NCBI GenBank assembly: GCA_964016885.1
Contig: OZ024740.1
Span: forward strand, 172,918,001-172,982,000
DNA from: Eledone cirrhosa
Taxonomy: Eukaryota
Direction of reading: 5' to 3'
DNA: 64,000 nt
Every line of letters starts with the position of its first letter. Position 1 is the stretch's first letter. Both the position numbers and the translations under genes were made by a program. The notes under the pieces were generated by a model that had not been told where the DNA came from, searched no databases, and saw only the letters and a list, made by a program, of their open reading frames with translations. Of the stretch, positions 12,595 through 27,415 are shown piece by piece.

Positions 12595-13110
12595 ATGTTA
12601 TCTAATGTTTGTCGATTCCATACCCCTTCAGAACTTTCCACAACAAATGCCATGGAATGAGGTCCACAAAATAAGCATATACCGCTTGGCAATACTCCCA
12701 CGATCTCTCGAAGACCAGTCGCAGAATGAATATTTGGTTAACCGTGGTACGTCCGGGGCGAAAACCATTGTTCGTCATTTAGCTTGGACTCGACAATATC
12801 CCTACATCTCTTTGCCAGACACTTGACATAGACTTTACCGGGAAAGGATTAATAAGGAGATTCCTCTATAACTAGAGAAGTCCCTTTTGTCTCCCTTTTT
12901 GAAAATTGAGATTATCACTCCTGATTACCATTGCTTTGATACCTTTCCAAAGATCGAGATCACCTAACACACACGAATCAACAAGAGTAAAACTTCTATA
13001 TTTAAGGCTTCTAACATCTTGGGTCTCATTTCAACCTCTACAGAGGTCTTGCCACATTTGAGTACTTTAATTTTCCCGATGACCTCAGCCTCCATGAGTT
13101 TAGTCATCGC
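12595..13110 (-). pseudogene. RTE-type LINE RT fragment (N-terminal RT)
   Basis: Minus translation with IISIFKKGDKRDFSSYRGISLL and YAYFVDL..IPWHLLWKVLKGYGID, with frameshifts. Confidence 0.7.
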
Positions 13111-13311
13111 CCATAGATGCAACATATATATATATATCACAGTATGTTGTTATAACCGGATTTAGATCAGCAAAGTATTTCCTTGGTATGCACTTCGCTT
13201 CAGAGGGAATAATCCCGGATGAGTTTCTGATAGAAAATATGGCGAGGGACTCCATATTATAAAGTCAGTGGATGATCATCCAGGATATTTCATTTACTCG
13301 TCTAAAGTCTC

Positions 13312-13830
13312 TTTGTGGAATTGAAATCCTTATATGAATGCTCTAATATTTGTGTTCGGAAAAATGGTGCTAAATCAAAAATGGTGCTAAGTGAAAACTG
13401 GTGGCAAGTGATACCGGTGTGTGTAGAATCAATCAGCTGTAATTTGCAGTTGACATGGTACTACGTAACTCGTCGGAAGATGTTCTCCAACATGCACCGG
13501 TTAGGTTTTCTGCCGAGTGCTGCACGGTAGAAATGAAAATCAGTGCTAAGAAAGACCGAGACACTCGTCCTCTGATGGAAGCCTGCGCTGTGCACATTAA
13601 ATGTGAGTGGAGTTACACTGAAACAGGTGGAGAAGTTCGACTATCTCGGGTCCGTTTTCATGAGTGATAGAATGCAGGAGCCGTGCCAGATTCAGCTCAC
13701 ATTCATCAGAAGAATGGAGGTAGGTGTAAAGGCCAAACTCGCCGTCTACAATTAAGTATTAATTCCAGCCCTTACCTATGGTCATGAATCTTGAGTAATG
13801 ACCGGAAGAATAGAATCGCGAATACATCGC
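13312..13830 (+). pseudogene. RTE-type LINE RT fragment (downstream part)
   Basis: LKSLYECSNICVRKNG, MKISAKK, VEKFDYLGSVF, PALTYGHES motifs across frames. Confidence 0.65.
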
Positions 13831-13834
13831 AGGG

Positions 13835-13993
13835 TTAAACCTCCAGCTATTGCTGGTACTCATTTTCAGCTGAATATACTGGAGCAACGTGAAATGAAGT
13901 GTTTTGCTCAAGAGGGCAACACGTAGCCCAAGAATCGAACCCACGACATTATGATCGTAAGTCCAACACTCTTACCACTAGGCCACATGCCTC
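13835..13993 (-). mobile_element. tRNA-derived SINE, second family
   Basis: Minus strand gaggcatgtggcctagtggtaagag (A box) and gggttcgattc (B box), followed by ttgagcaaaacacttcatttcacgttgctccag. Confidence 0.75.
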
Positions 13994-14525
13994 AACACTT
14001 TTGACAAGAGATTATCGTATATTCAGTAGGTTATAACAATTGTCTATATTGCTGTGTGTGTCATATGTTGTCCTCCTGTAATTGTCAGTTTATCCTAAAA
14101 GCAAATCTCAGAACTACTACGACGATTCAGATTTGAAGTTTAAATAATGAAAGACTGAAACCAATTAGAAGAAAGGACATGATAGTTAGCATAGTAACAC
14201 CTGCGTCAACGATAACTAAGTACACTGAGCATACTAATGCATAATTCTAATCAATCTCGCTCTGCTCTCACATGCCCATACATATACAGATGCAATATCA
14301 CAAATGCGCGCACAAACACACGCATACAACACTCACATGTACACCTATAATTGTACACACATACATACACACATATATATGGTGTGGGGAGTGTGTGTGT
14401 TCCTGCGTATGAATGTGTATTTATATCCATATATATATATATATACATACACATTTATAAATACATACATATATATGTGTGTATATACTATATATGTATA
14501 TATATGCGTGTATATATATATATAT

Positions 14526-15235
14526 ACAAGTTAATATAAATTAATATATATGATAAACACCAATGCCAACATATAGGTGTTTGTATTGTAAATGACTAAG
14601 TTAGCTAGATTGAAAAATACTAATTATAGTAATACAGTTTGCCTGTCTCGATTTAAAATAATAAATCAATAAAAACAAACCATATTGGCAAATGTTGGTA
14701 TTGGTGTTTATCATATATATTAATTTATATTAACTTGTATTACACGGCTCAGAAATACTTCTTTTTTTGAGCTATTTCATTGTAAAGGACTGCCTGAGTT
14801 TTGAACTCTTTATTCATAGTATCACTGCTCCTTATGTAGAGCTAACTTTAGCCCCATATATACGACTGTTATTTCTAGCAGCACGAGTATGCGGCAGCTA
14901 GACACTGAAAAACCTCGTGCGTTGATCAATCTTTTTAAATATTTTGAAGTGAAACATACCAATTTTTCAGGGTACTTGCTGAGGAGATCTGATTGTGGTA
15001 TTTTTTCATTCTTTCACTTTTTCATTTATCGAAACTTATTTGGATTTCAAAGTTTAAACTTATCTACGGAACATGTTTGATTTTGAAATTTAAATTTGTC
15101 CAAGTACCACGGCCATTTGCCAATATGGTTTGTTTTTATTGATTTATTATTTTAAATCGAGACAGGCAAACTGTATTACTATAATTAGTATTTTTCAATC
15201 TAGCTAACTTAGTCATTTACAATACAAACACCTAA
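14526..15235 (+). mobile_element. Family B non-coding HHR element (~543-nt monomer at 14692-15235) with inverted arm 14526-14694
   Basis: Reverse complement of 14526-14694 equals 15114-15233 joined to 14692-14738. Confidence 0.8.
14972..15107 (+). ncRNA. Type I hammerhead ribozyme with extended stems II and III (family B)
   Basis: gtacttg-CTGAGGA-gat...atc-GAAA-c(ttatttggatttcaaagtttaaac...gtttgattttgaaatttaaattt)g-TC-caagtac. Perfect 7-bp stem I, GUC site. Confidence 0.82.
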
Positions 15236-15657
15236 ATGTTTTGTGCGAAGTTAGGTGTGGTGCTGTAGGAGAGTTTGATGGTGTTTTTGTTGATTATGTT
15301 GTTGTAGTGGTGTTGTAGTGGGAAGTGTTTTTCGATGAGTCTAAAGAAGATTTTCCCGATAGGTGTTGCCATCTCGGCATTATGGGGAGGATTGAACCAC
15401 GTTACGTTGCGTGAGCGGCGGTGTCGCCTGCTGGTTCCGCTAAGGGAAGCTGGATAAAAGGATATTTCCTCCCGGAAGCCACTCCGCTTGAGGGCCTGGT
15501 TGTAATGAGGCGCGTGTTCGTCGAATATCTGCTCATTAGCGGACAAACGAGATATACGAAGGGAGTTGTTTTTAACCACATTATTGGTGATATTTCTAGG
15601 ATGGTTAGAGAGGCGCTTGATGTAGTGCAGGTTGTCGTTTGTTTTCAAATGCCATGA
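15232..15657 (-). pseudogene. Naiad-like PLE fragment (RT thumb and linker)
   Basis: SNHPRNI..RISRLS..Y.QALKRSGF..NVTWFNPP..IGKIFFRLIEKHFP..NTIKLSYSTTPN. Confidence 0.85.
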
Positions 15658-16391
15658 TAGACTTATTTGTGTTTACAAGAAATTTTAACCAATCCTCTTG
15701 ACAACTACAATCTACCCATATAAGGGAGTACCCCCTTGACAAGTTCGGCTATTTACTCACCAGGCTAAACATTATAATTTAGTCCAGAAATAGCCGTCGA
15801 AACGGCTTGAGCTCTGCCGTGGGTCATACTTTTTCCTATATATATATATATATATATACATTTATAAATAAATACATACATATATGTGTGTGTGTATTTA
15901 TAAATGTGTGTATATATATATATATGGATATAAATACACATTCATACACAGGCACACACACACACCCCACACCATATATATGTGTGTATGTATGTGTGTA
16001 CAAATATATGTGTACATGTGAGTGTTGTAAGCGTGTGTTTGTGCGCGCATTTGTGATATTGCATCTGTATATGTTAAAGTATTATTCTAACCGTATAGGG
16101 TATTTACTTAAAAAACTTTGCCTTAGTATATGCCTCAGACGAGCCCCATTGGGCGAAACATATGTAAGAGCTTTATAAAGATATGTTTTAACGGCTTGTA
16201 ACTCTTTCACTAATCATTTTGCCTATCACCACTCTGCTTATCCTTGTCCACTAAATATTAACCTTCTCTAATATTTAACCCTGATAACCCAAGCATCGAG
16301 CACTTATACACCCGCTTTTGGCATGTAATACTCTGTATCGCACTTCTTTATACCTCCTCTTTCTATCCTCTTTTACGATACTGTAACCTTT

Positions 16392-16439
<48 letters not shown>

Positions 16440-16533
16440 TTATAAATAAATACATAGATATATGTGTGTGTGTATATATTTATGTATATATATGTATATA
16501 TATAAATAAATAAATAAATATATATATATATAT

Positions 16534-17346
<813 letters not shown>

Positions 17347-17373
17347 GGGTGTGTATGATTGTATATAGAAGAT

Positions 17374-17854
<481 letters not shown>

Positions 17855-18001
17855 TAATATTTGATGAACATTTACATGTTATAGTTGCAATTGACTAATA
17901 AGATCGCTAGAGTGAAAAATCTTAATTCAACAACAGCTCAGAAGCGATTCCTAGAGCTGAAATGATTGTAAATGACCTCTTTGAGTCTAAACTCTAAGCT
18001 A

Positions 18002-18082
<81 letters not shown>

Positions 18083-18084
<2 letters not shown>

Positions 18085-18571
18085 GGGTAAAATACTATTT
18101 CATTTCTCACTCTTAGTACGGCTGATACTTAAATATAAGTATGTATACGTACATACATATATGTATACAGACGTACAGTAGTATGTATATACATCCATGC
18201 ACACATATATATATATATATACGTATGGGTTTACCGAACATTAAATATAATGCTCGGTTTGTTTGTAAACAAACAGCCCGAATTATTAGCCGTACAGTGT
18301 TCGGCAACCATCGTTGCCATTTTGTTCAACATTGACAAAGGAACGATGAACTAGTTTCTAGCTTATTAGCTATCGTCAGCATCGTATACCTTTCTGTCAG
18401 TCGATTGAACATTTGAAAGTATATACTTTCCTTATGCATATTAACGGCTCAGCAGCCTAATTTGCATATCGAGTGAGTTAGTCGGCCGGGCGTACCGAAA
18501 ATGATAAACGGAAAAAATGAAATTTCATTTCTCACTCTTAGTACGGCTGATACTTAAATATAAGTATGTAT
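18083..18571 (-). mobile_element. Family A copy with HHR at 18343-18385
   Basis: acgatg-CTGACGA-tagctaataagcta-GAAA-ctag-TT-catcgt, with ~50-bp terminal redundancy. Confidence 0.83.
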
Positions 18572-19171
18572 GTCATTTGCAATTGTAACACATGTATACT
18601 TATATCTATGTTCATCTCTGTCATATATTCAATTATATTACACGACTCGGAAAGATTCCCTTCTTTGAGCTATTTAATTGTAAAAGACTATTTTGAGTTT
18701 ATAACTCAATCTATGATATTCTCGGCTCCTTACGTAGAGCTAACTTTAGTCTAAAAAACCCGGCTGCTATTTTTAGGTGCATGTGTATGAGACGCGCTAG
18801 GTACTGCGACATGTGCTTTTATATCAGCATATCGTCTTCTTAGATCCTTTGAAGAGCACAGGAATTGTAGCTTTCACTTAATAATTCTTGCGAAACAGAT
18901 TTAAGTCTGTCTGGGTATCAAAGGCTGTTGCCCGATATAGGTTTGTTATTTTTATTGATTTATTACTTTGAATCGAGTCAGGCAAACCATATTGTTTTAA
19001 ATTAGTATTTTTTCAACCTAGCTAACTTGGTCATTTGCAATTGTAACACATGTATACTTATATCTATGTTCATCTCTCTCATATATTCAATTATATTACA
19101 CGGCTCGGAAAGATTCCCTTCTTTGAGCTATTTAATTGTAAAAGACTATTTTGAGTTTATAACTCAATCTA

Positions 19172-19175
<4 letters not shown>
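18572..19175 (+). mobile_element. Family B-related copy, 458-nt monomer plus ~145-nt redundancy, decayed HHR at 18843-18918
   Basis: 18572-18716 repeated at 19030-19175. TTGAAGA-gca...tgc-GAAA-cagatttaagtctg-TC. Similar to 14740-14900 and 15125-15230. Confidence 0.75.
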
Positions 19176-19233
<58 letters not shown>

Positions 19234-19354
19234 TTATAAATAAATACATACATATATGTATGCATATATATATATAATATATATGTGTATATATGTGTAT
19301 AAATATACACACATTTATAAATACATACATACATATATGTGTGTATATATATAT

Positions 19355-19422
<68 letters not shown>

Positions 19423-19510
19423 CATAAAAACGCATGCAATTTTATATGCATTTGTATGTATGTACAAGTATATATGTATATATGTGTGAGTTTGTCTGGA
19501 TCTTTGTGTG

Positions 19511-19550
<40 letters not shown>

Positions 19551-20679
19551 AAATCATCAGAATAACATTGTCTAAGTGTTAGGTGGGAAATTTAACGTTC
19601 ATACAGGCTAAGACAAAGCATTAATGATAAATTTGGTATTTTATATACACCAAATATTCATTACGTAGTACTGTATATACGATTCTATTAGTAACATAAG
19701 TTGCATGAAAAAGCCTACAATCTTTCTATCCAAAACTGATCGTAGGCTATGTGGCTGGTTTACGTGAATAGTATTCATACAGTGGGTCGGTGAGCCTCTT
19801 TAATTTAGTCAGTTAGTCAGTTAGCAGATCATTTATTCATTAACCGCCACCAGGCAGTCACTTTCATCTTCTTGTCAATCAATTAAACAACATAGTATTT
19901 GTTTGTCGATATTTAGATTCATCATCCAATCAACCTAGCAAATGTTACCACTTGGACATATCGTTAAGTTCAGACATTCCAGTGTGCTTGGCGCCTCTTT
20001 GTGGAACACTTTTAACTTCTTTTGAAATTCTTGTTTTTACCTCTTCTTTCTTTTCTTGTAGCCATCGATGGCTTTCCACCATTTCTTAAGCACAATCACC
20101 TCCTCATCTTGGGCTGGAACTGCGGCTCGCAGGCTCTAACCGGCTCTGTCCTGGAAGGGGTGACTCCTAAGATTTTCAATGCCCTCCCTCATCGGCTCCT
20201 TGTTCCGGTGGGTGAGATGAGTTTGTTTGATTTTGTGTCCACTCGGTTTATTCTTGACCAAAATTGGGAAGTCTACATTGGCAACAACGACAAGAACCAG
20301 GAGCTTTCCTTTTCCACTTCCTTTCTTGCTGCTTACCTCCCTCTTTGTTTAGCTTTTCCTCTATTTCTTGACAGAATGCACTTCAGTGACCGTCTCAACG
20401 AGGCATATTTCCGAGATAGATTCATGGTTTTCATTTGTCATTAGAATCTAGAGTTCCATGAAAACCTCACACGACAATATGTTGTTGTTGGTCGCCTTCA
20501 CACTAACCCCTTGATTGGACTTTACCGCACAGTTGACGACAAATTAAAGAAGAACTGTGCCAATATTTCTAGCAATAAACATCGTCATATATTTCCTTTG
20601 CTGTTGTTGGTAATTGTAAGTTTCACACTTATGTAGATTTCTCTTGCCTGATATGAGGTTCCTTCTTATAGGAGGTTTC

Positions 20680-20930
20680 ATGTTTGTTTGTTTTTTTAAT
20701 AAGAGACCCAGTCCTGTCATGTCCCAATTGAGTCGATAACATGAGGCGGTATTTGAACTCAGAATGCACCAGAGCTGATACCGCAAAGTATCGCATGCGA
20801 CGATCTAACAAAAATATAAAGCAAAGTTGACCTAGGCGGGATTTGAAATCAAAGTGTAGAAAGTCCGAACAAATATCGCAATGCATTTAATCCAAGGCTT
20901 ATGACGGCTCTATCAATTCGCAGCCACATC
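20680..20930 (-). mobile_element. Two degenerate SINE copies
   Basis: ggcggtatttgaactcagaa and aaagttgacctaggcgggatttgaa motifs. Confidence 0.6.
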
Positions 20931-21999
20931 TGAAGTTTTATTTCTTTACATGCACTGCGTTTCATTGTTTTCCTCAATTTCAGAAGGCCTAGAGCTATAC
21001 AAAAACAGCAATAATCATTGTATACAATCCAAAAATATTATTATTGTGGTTGTGGTTATTGTTATCATAATTGGAAAAGAAACGAGAAGAGATGGGGGAA
21101 ACGAAGGCCAAAAAATATAAAAGATTTAGGTGGTTACCAGTTATGGTTACAGAAAGTGTTGATCAAGTAAAAGCTACACCTTAAACATGCGGTCATTATG
21201 AGTGTTATACAGTCAAATACTGGAGGCGATTTAATCGACTGCACATGCCACCCAAAGATCACAAAAACCAGTCTGGGCATATAAGTATGTTAATAATGGT
21301 TTAATAATAAGAAGAAAGAGGAGGAGGGGGGAGAGGGTTGGCGGAGGAGGAAGAGAAAGAAGAGGAGGAGAAGAAAAGAGCAGCAACAACAACAACAATG
21401 ACAACATCTATAATCAACATCCACCTCATCATTATCTATCATCATTACCATTTTCATCATCACCGTCATCACCACCACCACCACACGCAACCATCATCAA
21501 ATATCATCACCATCATCAACATCGATATCAACGTCGTCGTCGTCATTACCATCTCTATCACAATAGTCATCTTTATCATCCCCGTTACATCGCCGGTCGT
21601 CCTCGTCAACAATCAATGTTATTCCACACACGCCCGCACACACATACACACGCACGCTGCACACGCACACACCAACATGCGCCCGCACACACATGTAGAT
21701 TGCCAAAGGCGCTGACAATTACTAGAAACTGTATAATAGACATTGGTACTTTGGAGAACAGGAAACACTTGATCATTTCAAAGTGGTGGCAAATAAACGA
21801 TGAAGGGAATAACCACAGCAATAAAACCACAACCACATTAATAATAATAATAATTGTTTCTACTTTTGACACAAGATTGGCCACAAGGGCTGACATCAAG
21901 AAAAACATTACAAACGGTACATGACGGTACAGGACGGTACAGGACGGTACGATGTGGGTTTTGTGCGTGTAAAGATTTGTATTATTTATATAAGAAACG

Positions 22000-24900
22000 A
22001 AAAAGAAAAAAGACACAGAAACATATATATAAACAATAAAAATGAAAATTCAAACAATGAAAAATTCCCCAATAGGGGGGAAACCTCCGAGGGTTACTCG
22101 TGGCGAAAACCACACAAAAGACCACGGCCACCCTGACCACCAGGGCAAGCGCCCTCTCTCAATTTGTTCCCATTCCTCAAAGTACAGGCGTATATTCAGA
22201 GCGGTCCCGTTCACTCGAACCATTCTCGCTACATTCACCCACCTTTCAACAAACTTGCTAGAAGACAGCACTTGCCTCTCCCCCTTGATTTTCCTCTTCA
22301 AGTGAAACTTGAAAAAGTTAATCAGGGATTTGCCGAAGAGGAAAGTGTCTCAACCTTGTCCGCCACAAATCTCTTTCGCCATGGCCACCAGGAAAATTGA
22401 AAACCACCTGCCCTTCCTCCTCGAAGGAAGACGGCGAGACCATCTGCACAATGGACTCAGTCGATAACCGGATCGGTCCTACACGCGACGGCAACTGTTC
22501 GACATAGCTCCACAAGTCAGCAATGCTCGGGCACTGAACGAGTGCGTGCACGACAGTTTCATCGCTCTGCGCGCATCTCGGACAGGCTCGGTTGACGGCA
22601 CTTCCATCCCTGTAGAGCTTATCTCGAACCGGCAAAGCTCCCCGGTAGCACTGCCAGGCCAGGGATTTCTGGAAGTTATCCATAGGCCCTGGGCTGAAAG
22701 TTCTCCGGAAGAGAACAAACAGCTGATTTTCTTCGATGCCCAAGATCTCTCCGAGAACGTCGTCGCTCTTCCCCTCCACTAGTCCTCTATAGAACGCCGA
22801 GGTGGATGTTCCACCGATACTGGTGCCCAGCTGGCAGAGGGCAGTGAGCGCCTGGAGACATTCCAGTTTCCAAGCGTTATCCCTCGGTCTTTTCCTGACC
22901 CAGGACTGCCTGGCGAACGGCGACCACACCTTTTCACCGTCAAGGAAGTACTAGAGATGTCGCAGCCTCAGCGCATGTTTGCGCATCATCAGCCATGGCA
23001 TTCCCAGTCCTCCACGCAACGGGTGTTGACAGCAGATGGATCGTCTGACCATGAGAGCGCGTCCCTTCTACAAAAAGCGGAAGAGGAGGCGCTCCAATTT
23101 GGTGAGAGTTGGGCCGGGGAAAGGGACGACGGTGAGGCGGTAGCAGATGACCGATGCGATGTACGCATTCGCCACCTCCGCTCGGCCTTTCAGGGACAGC
23201 TTCCTCTCGGCCCATTTCTGGGTGAGGAAGCCACCCTGCTCGTCACCTCGCTCCAGTTTTTCTCCATCTGGAGGTCCGGTTCGAACCAGACCCCAAGCAA
23301 TTTAATCGGCCCGTCCGTCCAACGCCCCACGACTCTATCGGACGGCATGGATTTGCCTCTCCAGGTGCCGAGCTGCAAGCCCACTGACTTTTTCTGGTTT
23401 ATCTTTGCTCCTATCACCGCTTCGTATTCCTTGAGAGCGGTGCCGAACATCTGGACGTGTCTGGTGCTCGACACCACCACGGTGACGTCGACGGCATATA
23501 CCGACTCCGATTTCCCGCATCCTAGTTCGCGTGGGACGCCCCTCATCGCCCCTAGTTTGTGCAGTAACGGCTCGAGAGCCAATACGTACAAGAGGGACAA
23601 GAGGTGACAACCCTGGTGGACCGAGCGCATGATGCTGAACGGGTGCAACAGGTGACTTTTCACCCTCACAACTAAGCAGATGTCGCTGTACATCGCAATG
23701 ATCCAACCCCTGAAAACGGGCCCGAAACCGGCTGCCTCGAGGACCGCCGCCAGGTACCGATGGTCGACCCTATCGAATGCTTTGGATTGATCCAAGTTGA
23801 TCAGGGCCCCACCCGTGCCAGGTTCCTTAACCACCCTCTCTACGATGTATCGCTTGAGGTGGAGGTTGTCGTGTATGGATCTGTCCGGAATGGCGCATGT
23901 CTGCGCCTCTCCCACCAGACCCTCGATGACAAGCGCCAACCTCGCTGATAACACCTTGACCAAAATCTTGAACTCTGCGTTATCTTGAACTCTGTTATCG
24001 GTAACATCCTCCTAGTTCGGTCTTTTCTCAGCAGCGCTACCGCTCCCCGGCTCACAAACTGGGAATGCTCCCATTCTGCTGCCAGTTGCAGTAGACGTCT
24101 GCCAAGAGGTCACTGAACAAGTCTGGCATAAATGCATAAAGCTCGTGGGGCAGACCATCCAAACCTGACGATTTACCCCTCGTGCAGTTAGCCATCGCTT
24201 CTCGTATTTCACCGGCTGTTTTGGGCTTTTCGAAACACTGTCCTGCGGTCGTCGAGAGCCAAGGCAGTCCGTCGAGGTATGCACTGAAGTCCAAACGCCG
24301 ATGCGGCCTGCCGCCGCTCCCGAACAGTTCAGCAAAGTGCTGCTGAAAAGCCTCACACATCTGCTCGGGTTCGAGCATCACGCACCCGTTTTGGTCAGAA
24401 AAAGACCGAATTGTGGTTTTGTTGCCACGTCGCGCCTCTGCCACCCGGGCCCATTGGACGGCTTTCGTCTCCTCGTGTTTCAGAGCAAGCGCTCTAGCTC
24501 TGACAACGCAGCCTTCGTGTTTTGCGTTGAAGAATTGGTCGAGTGCCAATCTCGCCGCAAGCAGGTCGGTTGCGATGCCTGTCCTAAACGCCTCTTCTAG
24601 CTTTCTGACTAGCTCTCCCTCTACTCTATTTTCCTCTATCGCTACTCTTTTGCTAAACCTAATCGACTCTACTTTAATTGCCCTTTTCAGGGCAAACCAC
24701 CACCTGTTGTTGACGACCTCTCCCGTCAACGCCCGCTTAACTAATACGCTAATCCGGTCACTGTAGGCTTTGCGCGCCGGGAAAGACGCGTTCAGCTTCC
24801 AGTAACCAGGCCCTTGTCTATGAAGTCTGTCTATGTCGATCTCACAGATCACAAATTTGTGGTCTGTGTAGTAGACTATTTTAAATTGTGGAAAACCTAT

Positions 24901-25560
24901 GCTAGTCTTATTTAGTTCCCTGCAGAATACCCTATCTAGATACGATCTGGATGACCCGATGCGGTTTGTCCATGACCACATTGGCACATTCGGGTGATCC
25001 AGTTGATACCTGTCAGACAGTTCAAAACTTCTGAGAAGGTTGGTGAGGCTCTTGCACCCTCCTCACCTATCCACTAGCCCCACACAATCCCAGCGTGCAT
25101 CCAAGATCCCGTTCCAGTCGCCCACTAACACTAAAGAGCGGGACGTTCCCAGAAAGGTCTCTAGACGTCTGAAGAAATCTGGCCATCCTGTCCCTGTCGG
25201 GGCATAGACGGCTACTAGCCTGAAAGCATCGCCTTCGGTGCCGTTCACGTCCAGCACCACCGACTCACCTTCTGGGTCCAGGAAGATGGTCCGTATGGCG
25301 AGACCCAAGCCTTTCCGAAACAACACAGCCACTCCGTCCCCCGCTCCCGGACGGCTCAGAGATGCGTACACCTCGTAACCGCCGAAGATCGGGGCGAAAG
25401 CTTCCGTTTCGGAGATTCTCGTCTCGCTGATGGCCACCACATCTATGTTTAGTGACTTGACCTCGTTAAGCAAGTGACCCTGCTTCCAAACCGAGCTCAA
25501 GCCACGCACGTTTACACTTCCGATCCTGAATACGGCCATGTTGGGTGAGGAACGAAGAGT
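22000..25560 (-). mobile_element. Decayed L1/Tx1-clade LINE ORF2 (APE endonuclease, RT, zf-RVT)
   Basis: IGSVNVRGL, AISET, VYAP, GDWN, SYLDR, TDH, GYWKLN, GLDGLP.E, LDQSKAFDRVDH, QGC.LS.LLY, YAVD (mutated YADD), CPRC...ET..H....C. Multiple frameshifts, GC-rich. Confidence 0.92.
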
Positions 25561-25689
25561 GAGAAAGGATCACTTACCTTGATCGTCTGGTGAAGGGACC
25601 GTTGAACCGTCTCTTCGGCTGGTCGTCGGCTCTACTGTGAGTATATCCGAGTATACTCTCCGGTTGAGTGTCCCTCCTAGGTCTCTGAA

Positions 25690-26045
25690 ATCACAAACTA
25701 TTTTATATGAATGATTTGAAGCTATATTGCAAAGATAATGACGGACTGGACGGCCTTTTTCGGACAGTAAAAACGTTTAGCGATGACATCGGGATGGAGT
25801 TTGGACTTGACAAGTGTGCAAAAGCCACTTTCAAGAAGGGGAAGCTTGTCAACTCTGACTCAGTTGAATTGGATGCTGAAACAATCATAAAGGAACTTGA
25901 GCAGGAACAATCCTATAAATACTTAGGGATTAATGAGGACTCTGGCATACAGCATGCAAGTATAAAAGAGAGGATAAAGAAAGAATGTTACAGGAGAGTA
26001 CGTGCAGTTCTGAGATCAGAACTAAACGCTCGTAACAAGGTGTTA
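25690..26045 (+). pseudogene. R4/Dong-type non-LTR RT fragment
   Basis: YMNDLKLY (YMDD-like), FSDDIGMEFGLDKCA, YKYLGI, RRVRAVLRSELNARNKV. Confidence 0.8.
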
Positions 26046-26049
26046 GATA

Positions 26050-26707
<658 letters not shown>

Positions 26708-27354
26708 TATATATATACACATATATATATATATATATTATATGTATTATCTTATAAAATATATACATATAATAAATACATACAAACACATATGCTTAGA
26801 TAAGGTAGATAGATTGATAGATAGACAGATAGATTAGAAGCTTTTATTAAATCACCACAGTGTATTTCAGAGACCGTATGGCAATATATTGGAAATAAAT
26901 AACGATATCAACTTAGAAAGGAGCACACGCTTTCGTTGTCTGTGACAACGGATTTGAACAGTGCTATAGAGAACGGAATCAATCGAAGAGGTTGCCTGAA
27001 GAACAACACTTATAACTTGCATATGGTAAAGTGGTCGCCATCAACTTACGGAGCCCCTTAGAACGGCAAATACACCTGCTCGAATTGTATATTTCTAAAG
27101 AAATTGGCTTTATTGTTCGTTATGAATATCAGCTTCATAAGCAACATGACAACCTGATTCCACTCTTCTACATCGTTCACTCTATCCTTCTCCTTCTCCT
27201 CCTTTTCTTATCATCATCATCATCATCATCAACATGACCACCACCACCACCACCACCACCACTATCGCCACCAATTATTACGATCATCCTCATTATTATT
27301 GAAAAAAAAAAATAATGATGATGATGATATGGCTAACGATGATGATGATGGTGG

Positions 27355-27415
<61 letters not shown>

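Noticed and set aside
20022-20444. 140-aa ORF, or a MADF-like remnant on the opposite strand
   Set aside because: No convincing motif, and stops occur in the candidate frame.
22957-24766. Plus-strand ORFs over the LINE
   Set aside because: Antisense shadows of the GC-rich L1/Tx1 ORF2.
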